Shown here piece after piece: positions 10,480 through 20,268 of a stretch of 64,000 bases of DNA. The position numbers and the translations under genes are program-made. A model generated the notes under the pieces. It worked only from the letters and a program-made list of their open reading frames with translations, had not been told where the DNA came from and did not search any database. Origin of the DNA: Schizochytrium sp. TIO01 (lineage: Eukaryota; Protista; Bigyra: Labyrinthulomycetes). Every line of letters begins with the position of its first letter. The first letter of the stretch is position 1. The DNA lies in contig SMSO01000032.1 of the NCBI GenBank assembly GCA_004764695.1, forward strand, positions 6,914,483 to 6,978,482, given 5' to 3'.

Positions 10480-11919
10480 TGGAGGTAAGGTGAGAAAATG
10501 GCATGGCCAAGGAACCACCAAGCTCCAAACACTACGAACCTTCAATGCAAGACAGAAAAAGTACTGCAACTAGAATTTTGGCGTCTCAGCAAGTGCCTTT
10601 CTGGGCTGGGGTGATGGAGGACGTGTGCCTATGCAAGTGGCGATTTTGAGCGCATCTCTTCGATCATGACATTCCTCCAGATCCCAGTATGTTTGTATCA
10701 GATATGAACACAAGGTCGAACGGACTTTGTCTTTAGTTCTTAGAATGAAGACGGCTCCCACGAAACGTTGATCATGGGCAGATTCAAAGGCCATGGCTTT
10801 CCCTATACTAATCTCTGAGATGAGTAATGCAACTATGGCCGCAAAGGGACAAACCATGGTTCACAACGACATACCAGCCACTCAGTCATCCATCAAGTTT
10901 ACAACTGCATGCTTTTTAATGGCGATTTGGTCTGCAATTGCTTGATCTATCTGCAAACTTTTGTTTTCATCAGGGATTGTAAGGGAATCTGCTAAACACG
11001 GAACCTGTTTCGCATGAGCATGTGGGTGAAATCGAGAGTGATCAAACCAGTGCGATGCAGCGTATGCCACTCAGTATTCTTCTCGTTGCTAATAAAAGAA
11101 AGACGGGCCCCAGATCTTATGAACATTCTCTCATGCCTCCCTGTGGTGATGCAGGGCATGATTCTACAGAGCGTTAAAATCTGCTAGGTCTTCGTGCTAG
11201 TAAGCTGGGCAGGAAAAACGAACGGAAGAACTCACTACCTTCGTCGCCGAGAAGATGTGGTACAAAATATACAAAGTATGGTAAAGCGGCTGACCTACTC
11301 AACCTAATACCTTCTAGGTATAGTGTGCTCCTCGCTGGTCGCACAGGACTAGTATATCGCGTGAACATCCCCCATCTAGGTGATGAAAGAAGCCACAATG
11401 TGGTGAAAATATTGGACTTGGTTCAGCGACGACGAATCAGGTGCCTTAGCTGGAAGATGACGTTGAAATTTACAAACAACTCGAATCACTTCAAGCCAAA
11501 CATACCCCTGAGTTAATCGATTATGGCATTTCAATGAACAAGTGCTGTACGGTTTCGGAGCGAAGTATTCTGGTGAATCTTTGTCACCTGAAGACATTGC
11601 TGAGGACTTTGTGGAAAAGTAGTGACGGCTCTAGATAAAACCCAATCCCCATGGCGTGCTGCATAGCAATTTGACGAGATACAAATTTCTTTACAACAAG
11701 GAAACTCAAGAGCCTGACATTATCTACTTCGGCTCGGCTTTTGAAAAGACAAAAATAAGTGAGGATGAATTTAATTTATATGCTGGTCGGAAATATTATC
11801 AACTTCGACGAAATAGTCTTGAGACAGATCAAATCTTAAAAATAAACGACCTAGTTGCGTTTATTTTAAATGAGAAGTCATCGATATCATTTGCGAAACT
11901 ATACTGCGAGGACATTTGA
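10480..11919 (+). pseudogene. Decayed Crinkler-type restriction-endonuclease-like (REase) + protein kinase gene
   Basis: Manual translation across frameshifts and stops gives, in order: GRTDFVF (~10714), IMGRFK + PW-like (~10771-10796), VIHQVYNCMLFN...YLQTFVFIR (~10885-10973), LAGRTGLVYR (G-loop, ~11331), VVKILD, EIYKQLESLQAKHTPELIDYG, HGVLHSNL (degenerate catalytic loop) and IIYFGSA (degenerate DFG). Left boundary approximate. Confidence 0.7.
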
Positions 11920-12599
11920 TGAGACCTATAGAAAACACAACAATTAAGAACCATAAATAACAAAGAAAGCGCACCAATAGTAAGATATATGATTTGGAAC
12001 AATGTTGTTTAATTAAGTCTTTTAAGTACGAAAGACTGGTTTCACTGCTACTGTTATAATCAGTCGCATCACTGAAGAAGGTTCTCCATTAATAGGTCTC
12101 ACACTTGGCGAAACAATTGGAGCCGTAGATGAAACTTATGGTGACGATGTTGACGAAGCTGTTGAGAGAGTTGATACTGTTGTTACAGCAGAAATCACGG
12201 TAAAACACATTGCTCACGCTTATCTTGCTACTTCAGGTAGGGGCATTTTAAGAGTATCTAAAAAAGGAGAAAAAACAACCAGCGAGGAGGCGGCAGTTGT
12301 TAAGACCAAAAAGTCATTCAACTTGATAGAATCTCCAGAGCCAAAGATATAGAATTTCAAATTAACGTGAAACATGAAAATAAACACAACTAGCGTGCAG
12401 CATTCGATTAAGCGTGTCAATTTGATGCTCCTGAAGAGGATTAAGGATATGCCGCTGCTGAAGCATAGTCAGCGAATAGGGTCCTTGTAGCGTTTTGATG
12501 CTTCATTCATGCCATGCATACCTCATGCCAGCTAATTTGGTCAATGGGTAGGTCTTAGGGAATCCTTGCCGCTGATTCCTCGTCGCTGCCCAAACAAAA

Positions 12600-12930
12600 G
12601 CAGCGTTCTACAAATCCAAAACTCGGTCTTCAACAGTCTTCAGTAGCTGCAACAATTAGAACGAGTTCCCTATCGATAGCTGCTCGAAGGAAACTGAGGA
12701 TGGATAATAGTCTATCGTCTTCAAGAATGTGCGTAGGGACAGCACCTGTATTTCATTTGAGATAGATTTAGATGGTCGCAACTGAAGACAAGCAAGTAAA
12801 CGTTCTGGTAACTTCCTAATCACCATCTGCATTCTTCAAGAGTGCACTTTGGTAACTATGGGAGGTGATAGTTACATCCACTCACAAGCCTTGGTCTCCA
12901 TTTAACATACCTACCACTGTATTAAGTGAT
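12600..12930 (-). mobile_element. Possible relic of a non-LTR retrotransposon restriction-like endonuclease region
   Basis: Stop-interrupted minus frame reads VVGMLNGDQGL*VDVTITSH ... LVLIVAATEDC*R, reminiscent of the 'DVTV/I' and 'P.A.E..GR' motifs; no RT motifs seen. Confidence 0.25.
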
Positions 12931-14233
12931 TTAGTGAGCCACCCTTGACCGCGTGGCCGTCGCGTGGCCTTTTGTGGTTCCTAAATCCTAGGTCAACCCA
13001 AAGGACAGTGCTGCTGTCTATTCAGCAAAAATTGCATATTCTGTTGCTCTGCACTTCGACACGTTCGTATCCTCATTTTTAGCTCTTTAGAACCGTGAGC
13101 TCTTATGCATGCACAGCGAATTTACCGCGTGGACCTGCCGACTGCATGTTCTCTATGAACATATTTGTCGCTGACGACCTTGCACAACCCCAAACTTATT
13201 AGATGGTGAAAAATCGAGCTTTGCGAGGCCAGTGCTGCACATCCTTCTGCTAACTCTTGAACTAGGCTGCCTAGCAAGATATATTCCAGGAAGGACTTTA
13301 TGCACGTTCGCTTATCTACTCGTCGTGGCGGTCTTCGGAGTCTCGACCATCGGCGTTCATTCTTGAGAAGGGCACTAATTGTTCTCCTATTATTACTACA
13401 ACGTATTACTAGTTACCTCTATGAAAAATAAATTCTCGACATTGAATTGATTCGACAATTCATCCAACTGACCATACAAGCATCGGGCTCGGAGCCTTGG
13501 CACCGCTTCTTGTGTTTTGTCGCTGCGCGTGCCACTGCTGCCTGCATCCTGGACTCGATTTATTGACTTCGTTGTTCACGAGACAATTTACAAGCGCTCC
13601 TTGGGTGAGTTGGGTGAGTGATGTTGCCGATCACCACCTCCAAGTTGTCATCGGAGACGAAGAAAGTCCGAGCAAATTGCAATGATTCTTAAGAAGAAAG
13701 AGCTAATGATTGAATTGCCAAGATATTAGGAACGAAACGAAAAGAAACTTTTAAAAAGCTGTCTGAGTCACATGTTTCGGTCGTACAAATAGGCTTAAGA
13801 CTCGGATCTCTTATCTTTGCCATTGCCCGGAAAGAGCCCGAAGTGATTCTAAAAGGTCTGAGTGCCAGTTCTACTAGAGATCGCATTTGTCCTCCTCCAC
13901 ATTCTACACAGTATCCTTACCAGAAAGAACGAGAATAGGCTTAAAAGAAAAAAAGAAGAAAAAAAGACCGCTACACGGATAGTGTTATTGCTAAGATGCA
14001 GTTAATGTAAAGTAAAAGAAAAACAAAAAGAACAGAATAGAAGAAGAAGGTCCAAAAGCACTGAGCACACCGGCAGAAAGAAAACCGCGACCTGACTTGC
14101 GCGGAACAGCTGGAGCGTAGCGAGCTTGAGACGTCTTGCTCCCGCCAGATATCCCTACACATACTTTTTTGCCAGCCTTCTCCGTGTCTCTGTCGACACT
14201 CGTTGCAAGGTATCGGTGTCAGATTCTGTCACC

Positions 14234-16078
14234 ATGAGCTACAACAACTTTGCAGCGCAGCCTCCTGCGTATTCCGCTTCCTCAACGCATCCGTCCTCTT
14301 TCTCTGGGACAACCAGTTACTCTTCATCCACCCCCCCCCTGTACGCTCCCCAAAACTATCCTCAGCAGCTGCCTCAGCAACAGCAGCAGCCGTGGTCATC
14401 CACTTCAGCAGCGCCGTATTCTGGTTACTCCTCGACTCCTTATTCCACCTACTCCAACTCAGGACCTGCTCCAACGCCTCAAAGCATCCCGCAAAACTAT
14501 GCTCCATCTCCTGTGCCTCCTTCGTACAGCCCCAATATTCAAGCGCCGCTGCCGTCCACATCTTCGCAAGGATCCTATGGCTTCGGTTCTAGTACTAATC
14601 ACAACAACTCATTCAACAGCCCCAACAATAATCATAGCAGCAGCAGCAGCAACAACAACAACAACATCAACAACTCTGGGTTCTACGCAGGTAACGCCAC
14701 GAGCCTCACTCCGCCTCCTTTTCAGAGGCAGGGATCTACGTTCTCGCACAGTTCCCACAACTCGGCTCCTGGGGCACCACCGTCTATGTACACGTCATCC
14801 ACATCGATGCAGAATGGCCCCGGAAATTCATTCGCTTCAGCGAATATGGGCGTGTCAAATTCGTCCTTGTACTCTTCCGGCAGCGCCAATAGTGGCACCA
14901 ATATGTACATGAATCCAGGGGGGTCAGCATCCACTCCGCCGCCGGGCATTCAGCAGATGCGGTCAACGAGCAGCATTAACAGCAATGGCAACGTGAACAG
15001 CAAGGACCTATTAAACGATTATGACCCGTACAAAAACAGCGCTGCGAGTGCACTGGGTGGGGAAATCTCGGTTTCTACGGTTGTGGGTAAGCTGACGCGG
15101 CTTTCGCAGAACTATAAACTCAGTTCGGAAGAGCGCACTGCCCTGCAGGTTCTCCTGGCTCGTGACCCTCGCCGCGTTAACAGCGCTTTGGATAAGCTAG
15201 AGCAATTCGACGACCGCAGCGATGTTACTACAATTTTGTTTAGTTACCAAAACATGGTGGAACAGCGTGCAGCTCAGGAGCACCAGCGTGAGCAACACGC
15301 CTTTCAAGAGAGAGCCTCACAGCGTGCTAGTGCCGCTGTGTCAGCTGCCTTAGCGCAGCAGCGTCGCGAGTCTGAAGCGGCTGCTGCTAAAGCCCGTGAG
15401 CAGTTGGGTTTAGATTCTGATGATGATGATGATGACGAAGGTGAAAACTTTGAAACTGAGACAATTGTTGATAGTGACGAGGAACGTCGCCAGGATCAGG
15501 ATGTTGCTTCGCGTCTGCAGGCACAGTTCGACCGTGAGAACGAAATCATGTCTGCACCTCACCCACGAGCTGGTGGTTACAAAGATCCTCTCCCTGATGC
15601 TTTTGTTTACACTGGCAAAGAACTTTTGGGCACTATTCTTGTGCGTGTCTCCAAGAAGAAGCTCTTTCGCAAATGGAAGCCTATGTTTTTCCGTCTTGAT
15701 TGCCGAAGCTTGCGCTTGTATGAGTCGAGCACAGAGTACGAAAGCCGTAGTGCTGCCCGTCTCGTGTTTCCCTTGCACGCGTGTATGGCTGTGGATAAGC
15801 CAGGTCTGGAGCGCTCTTACTCGATGGCGGATGAAGCAGAACATTTTTTCTTTGCTACATTTAAGGAGAATATTCTTGATGGAATAAGCGACTTTGAGAT
15901 GCCAAAGAAGTATTCACCTCTGCGCCGTAACCGCCGCTTGTGCAAGTTTGGTTCTGTGAAGAGCGAAGATATTGTAATCTTTGCACATGCTCTACATGGC
16001 GTGATCATCTGGAACCGTCGCCAGCGTGCTCTTGGCTCAGCGAGTCAAAATGCTGGTCGTTACTCCGAGGGGGACTGA
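14234..16078 (+). CDS. Protein with P/S/Q/N/Y-rich low-complexity N-terminus, MIU-like motif and C-terminal PH-like domain
   Basis: First ATG at 14234 (accATG); QDQDVASRLQAQFDRE; GTILVRVSKKKLFRKWKPMFFRLDCRSLRLYES resembles PH beta1-beta3. Confidence 0.75.
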   Translation: MSYNNFAAQPPAYSASSTHPSSFSGTTSYSSSTPPLYAPQNYPQQLPQQQQQPWSSTSAAPYSGYSSTPYSTYSNSGPAPTPQSIPQNYAPSPVPPSYSPNIQAPLPSTSSQGSYGFGSSTNHNNSFNSPNNNHSSSSSNNNNNINNSGFYAGNATSLTPPPFQRQGSTFSHSSHNSAPGAPPSMYTSSTSMQNGPGNSFASANMGVSNSSLYSSGSANSGTNMYMNPGGSASTPPPGIQQMRSTSSINSNGNVNSKDLLNDYDPYKNSAASALGGEISVSTVVGKLTRLSQNYKLSSEERTALQVLLARDPRRVNSALDKLEQFDDRSDVTTILFSYQNMVEQRAAQEHQREQHAFQERASQRASAAVSAALAQQRRESEAAAAKAREQLGLDSDDDDDDEGENFETETIVDSDEERRQDQDVASRLQAQFDRENEIMSAPHPRAGGYKDPLPDAFVYTGKELLGTILVRVSKKKLFRKWKPMFFRLDCRSLRLYESSTEYESRSAARLVFPLHACMAVDKPGLERSYSMADEAEHFFFATFKENILDGISDFEMPKKYSPLRRNRRLCKFGSVKSEDIVIFAHALHGVIIWNRRQRALGSASQNAGRYSEGD

Positions 16079-16598
16079 AGTGGAAAGAAACCTCCTTGTT
16101 GAGAGAGGTATCCCCTGATTGAATGCTCTTCTCTATAGTATCCGTTTTACGGCTCTTCATCTTGTACAGCTTCTTTAGAAAGATAAAGAGAGAAGTATCC
16201 CCTTGGTATATAGTCCTTCTTCTCTTCATCTAAGCAACAGCAGGGCCAGCAATGTATTTTGTTCATCTCTCTTTTATCATAGAGAAATGAGCAAGAGTTT
16301 GAATCAGCTAGCGAATTGTCATAAACTTAGAATTGAATATCATTCCCTACCTAGACAGCAATAGTACCTTCTTTATTTTCATTGGCTGGGTAAGCTGCCA
16401 ACTGGCTTTTACCAAGGGTAGTAATCAGCACCCCTCCCCCTCTTCATTCCTGTGAAGTTCTCCTTCCCGCATGCCTGTAGAAACAAATAAAACTATCGAT
16501 CGATACTCATAATAACTCTGAAAAGACAGCTAAATCTTGCCCTAAGCAATCAAATAACATATGGAATATTCGTAAAGGATAAAATGTCTTTATAGGTT

Positions 16599-17948
16599 CT
16601 AATTTGTCGAGAATCTGCACACGTAACTAGCACTTTGCGAGACATATCGAACCCATCGATGAGGGTTGTATGTGCGATGCTGCTCGACAATGCGCAAGTA
16701 TTTGACTTGAAGTTGGGAAGCGTTAAACATGGGAATTTCAAAGGAAACCGAAACTGGGCCGACCTCACGACGAATTGCGGGTGACATAGGTTCGCGTAGG
16801 TCTACCTTGGCGCGGAGAGTATGCTCAGCGCCTCCCTGAAATTTCTTGATCGTCCACACCACCTTGTGATCCTTAGCACGGTACTCTGCTGTCTGACCAG
16901 CCGCTGCTGCGCCTGAGTCCAAGCGGTTGCTAACTCCATTTGATCGTGAAGGCACGGGCACGGTGACCTGAACGTTGACACCAAAATTATTCTGCGGGAG
17001 ATCGGCACGAACTTTGATGACGATCTCAATTTGCGTGGGGGAATTCTCTTCAATGTGCGGGTAAATACGAAAGGGTGCTACAAAGTCGCTAGTGACACGA
17101 TAGTTCATGAGCACAAACTCACCATCAGGTGGGACAAAGTTAAGGAGGCGCATTGATTCGAAGTCATCGAGCTGTACGCACTCGTGAAAGTTGCAGTCAT
17201 CAAGAACTACCGAGCCGTAGCTGTTGCCATCCGATCCACGTCCAACGACAAGATCCTCGTTGAGAGCAAGACGCAAAGGAGGGTTTCCAGAGAGGTAGCT
17301 CTTCATGACAATACTGCCGTCAATGTGTGAGCTGAGCGTGTAGCCATTGCCGTTGAAGAGCATGGTAAGACGTTCAAGGATATCGACAAAAATCTCATTT
17401 CGTTGCTGGCCAGACTTGGAAGCAAGCGTGACAGGCTTGTACACCGAGGACGAAGGAGTGGTCTTTTGATGCATGGTGGGCATCTTGAAAGCATTGGCCT
17501 GCTTGATCATGTCTACCATTACAGGTTCGTTGTGGACGTGGACCTTGAGCTGCTCTGTAGAGGTCACCATAGGGTATCCAAAGTCCAACACCTCGTCCAA
17601 AAGCTCATAGATTAGCACAAAGTTCTTGCGGATGGCCTCTTCCGAAAGAACGCCACAATAATCCTTAAACAGCTTGGCAAGTCGTGCCAAGAGCTCCAGA
17701 GCAAAGTTCGGAGACACGTTGTACTTGGTCGTGCAAACGAAATAAAGGCCGTTTTGCTTCACAAAGATGTAGTTCACACCATCCAAATTAAAGCAAGGCG
17801 GAGCTTCTGCGCCTCCATCGCCTTTCCAAAACTTCACGCTGTGGAAAAAGATCTCTGCCGTGCCCTTCGCCACATCATTTCTGAAGTCGCGGGAGATGAT
17901 CGTGTCGCCCCTCGGCGACAAAATGTAAAACTGGCTCACAGAGAACAT
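16599..17948 (-). CDS. AP4M1: AP-4 adaptor complex medium subunit (mu4)
   Basis: SQFYILSPRGDTIISRDFR longin start; IRKNFVLIYELLDEVLDFGYP; NEIFVDILE; LDDCNFHECV; FVPPDGEFVLMNYR; RWVRYVSQSASYVCR. Start set at ATG 17948 (449 aa). Confidence 0.92.
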   Translation of the reverse strand: MFSVSQFYILSPRGDTIISRDFRNDVAKGTAEIFFHSVKFWKGDGGAEAPPCFNLDGVNYIFVKQNGLYFVCTTKYNVSPNFALELLARLAKLFKDYCGVLSEEAIRKNFVLIYELLDEVLDFGYPMVTSTEQLKVHVHNEPVMVDMIKQANAFKMPTMHQKTTPSSSVYKPVTLASKSGQQRNEIFVDILERLTMLFNGNGYTLSSHIDGSIVMKSYLSGNPPLRLALNEDLVVGRGSDGNSYGSVVLDDCNFHECVQLDDFESMRLLNFVPPDGEFVLMNYRVTSDFVAPFRIYPHIEENSPTQIEIVIKVRADLPQNNFGVNVQVTVPVPSRSNGVSNRLDSGAAAAGQTAEYRAKDHKVVWTIKKFQGGAEHTLRAKVDLREPMSPAIRREVGPVSVSFEIPMFNASQLQVKYLRIVEQHRTYNPHRWVRYVSQSASYVCRFSTN

Positions 17949-19626
17949 TCTTTCCCACAATCCAATCCGTATCCCACAGATCAGCACACCGATCCGCAGA
18001 TAATTCAACGCCCACCGCCTTCACAGGCGCAGAGAGTCTCTTCGCGACTCCTTTTTGCCACGCGGCTCCGCTTCTCAAGCAAACAAAATCAATCACTCTT
18101 ACTCTATCAAAAGAGCAATCTATTCTGCTAAGCTAGTACTAAGCTAGTAATTGTAGCGCCCTTTTAGCACTAATAGAGGGTTAGAATAGTCATCTAACAG
18201 ATGAAAACAGAGGAACAGAAGATCAGAACCATGATTGTGCTTATTGTGTCTATGCCTAGTTACTTTGGCCCATGTTTATTGGCTTTTGAAATGAAAAAGA
18301 AATAGTTATTGTTCTTCTAGCACAATTCGTGATGTTGTTAGAGATGATAGCTTCTGTTTTGGGCAATGTTATTTTATTGTCCTCTTCTTCCTTTCTTCTT
18401 TATTCTTCTCTATTCACGATTATAGACAGATTGTAAAAGATACTAAATCTTAGGATTATTGTGTTTCTAATTAAAAATAGTTATTTTTACCAAAATGGAG
18501 AGGAAGGCAGTCTATTTAAAAGAAACTATAGGGGAAGCCTTATGGAGGGAGTTCTTTCGCTAAAGCAAAGGGAGCTATAGTGTATTTTATTATAATTTCA
18601 GACGTCTTTTATTGCGATTCATGATGCTTGGCAGACAATTCATCGCGACTGGAAGCTCAGAATGACTAAATAGCATAAATCAGCGAACGTCTTTAAAATG
18701 CAATATTTTCATTCGATTTTAATCTCTCTAACTTGCAGGGCCGGAAGGCTCTGATTCAAAGAAAATTGCTTTAAAGAGTGAGTTCGATGCGTATAGATCT
18801 GAAGTTTTAGATAATTTTCATGTTGTTATAATATTCTCTTACGCTAAAGTTTCTGATAGTGACTTAATGTAATTGATGAGTAATGACTAACCTGGCTTAG
18901 AGCAGTGCCTTGGCATTAGTCGTAGGAAAGAATAATCCAGGTAAAGCTAAAAAGGATCATCTTCGCGCACGAAAGTCTCAAAAGGTTGTACATAGATGGG
19001 ATGCCAGTTTGGCATATAGAATTATCACACCTTTCGAACTTGAAGGACCAATCAGACCTTCGGGTTGAAAGAGGGCTCTCCACAACCGTGGTTGGAGAAC
19101 CTTAATAGCCAATATATGGTCCACAGAGCCACGAAGACACTCAGCGGTGGGAATGGGTGATGTGACAAAAAATTATTTTTTTAAATTAAAATTATTATTA
19201 AAATCAATTATATTTCACCGAAACGATGGAAAGACATTGCCCCGCTATCTATGCTTCGAATATGCTCAGTTGTAGTGTTTGCTTCAATCTTCAGACATTT
19301 TAACTGATAACATGACTATATTGATGCAGTAGAAATGGCAGAAAATGTTTTGGAATTTTTTTTCGTGATTGTAACTAGTCAGAGCAAACAAAGTATGGGA
19401 TGATGTTATAGGCAAATGCAAGTTATTCCTTCGTTTATATATTCATCCAGATAAGCTGTCAACAGAATTGCGAAGCGATGTTGCGGAAAAGTAACGCTAG
19501 ACATTGTATTGATTTCCTATTTTGTTGAAATATTTGAAGAGAAAGGAAATAAAAAAAATTAATTCAATGTGGTAGAAAGAACCACACAGACGTGCGCTAG
19601 CACGTGCGCGAGGGTAAAATGAGAAA

Positions 19627-20268
19627 TTAGCCACCAAAAAGGGCCAAGTTAGGGATTTCAAAGCTCTCCAAAATGTTGCGGAAAATTTGCATATCTTCAG
19701 TTTGCTGCTCTGGCGCAGTATTGAGTGAAATACCAGCAGCTTGCACGGATGAAGCGCTAGAACTCTCAGCAGAGATGCTCACAGGGGTGTTCATGGAAAT
19801 CAGAAGATCTGTAGAATACTTGGGAAGGCGGATATTGCATAGGAAAATACGGATCTTGTTGTGAGCTGCCTCGTGAAACTTGGCAACAAGCTGTGTGCCA
19901 ATTATGACATTTGCTGTTGCGTCAGGGTCCCCCAATCTCGTCAGACATGGAATTGTGCTTGCAGGAACACCCACCTCGTTGTACTCCACCACGGTCTCCT
20001 CTGATCCGTTTGCGCCGGCGAGGTCCTCAAAGAAGTACTTTCCGGCAGTCTCGTTTGACTGCTCGCTCAACTCGAGGATTTCCACAATCACAGAACGATC
20101 TGTGTCTTGGTGCGAAAAGACCTCCTGGTGATCCGGCACCTCTCTTACAGTGCTGATATCAACAAACTCTTTCGGCATCGTTGTCGTGATCGCTCCTCCA
20201 TAGAGCTTACGTGAAGCATATGTCAGCGTCGGCGACGCCTTGGCCTGCTGTTCAACCTGATCCGTCAT
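19627..20268 (-). CDS. MOG1: Mog1 / Ran guanine nucleotide release factor
   Basis: LYGGAI...P..FVDISTVREVPDHQEVF, SVIVEILE, IRLPKYSTDLLISMNTP and the C-terminal F.I.NLALFG are Mog1 family motifs. Confidence 0.92.
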   Translation of the reverse strand: MTDQVEQQAKASPTLTYASRKLYGGAITTTMPKEFVDISTVREVPDHQEVFSHQDTDRSVIVEILELSEQSNETAGKYFFEDLAGANGSEETVVEYNEVGVPASTIPCLTRLGDPDATANVIIGTQLVAKFHEAAHNKIRIFLCNIRLPKYSTDLLISMNTPVSISAESSSASSVQAAGISLNTAPEQQTEDMQIFRNILESFEIPNLALFGG

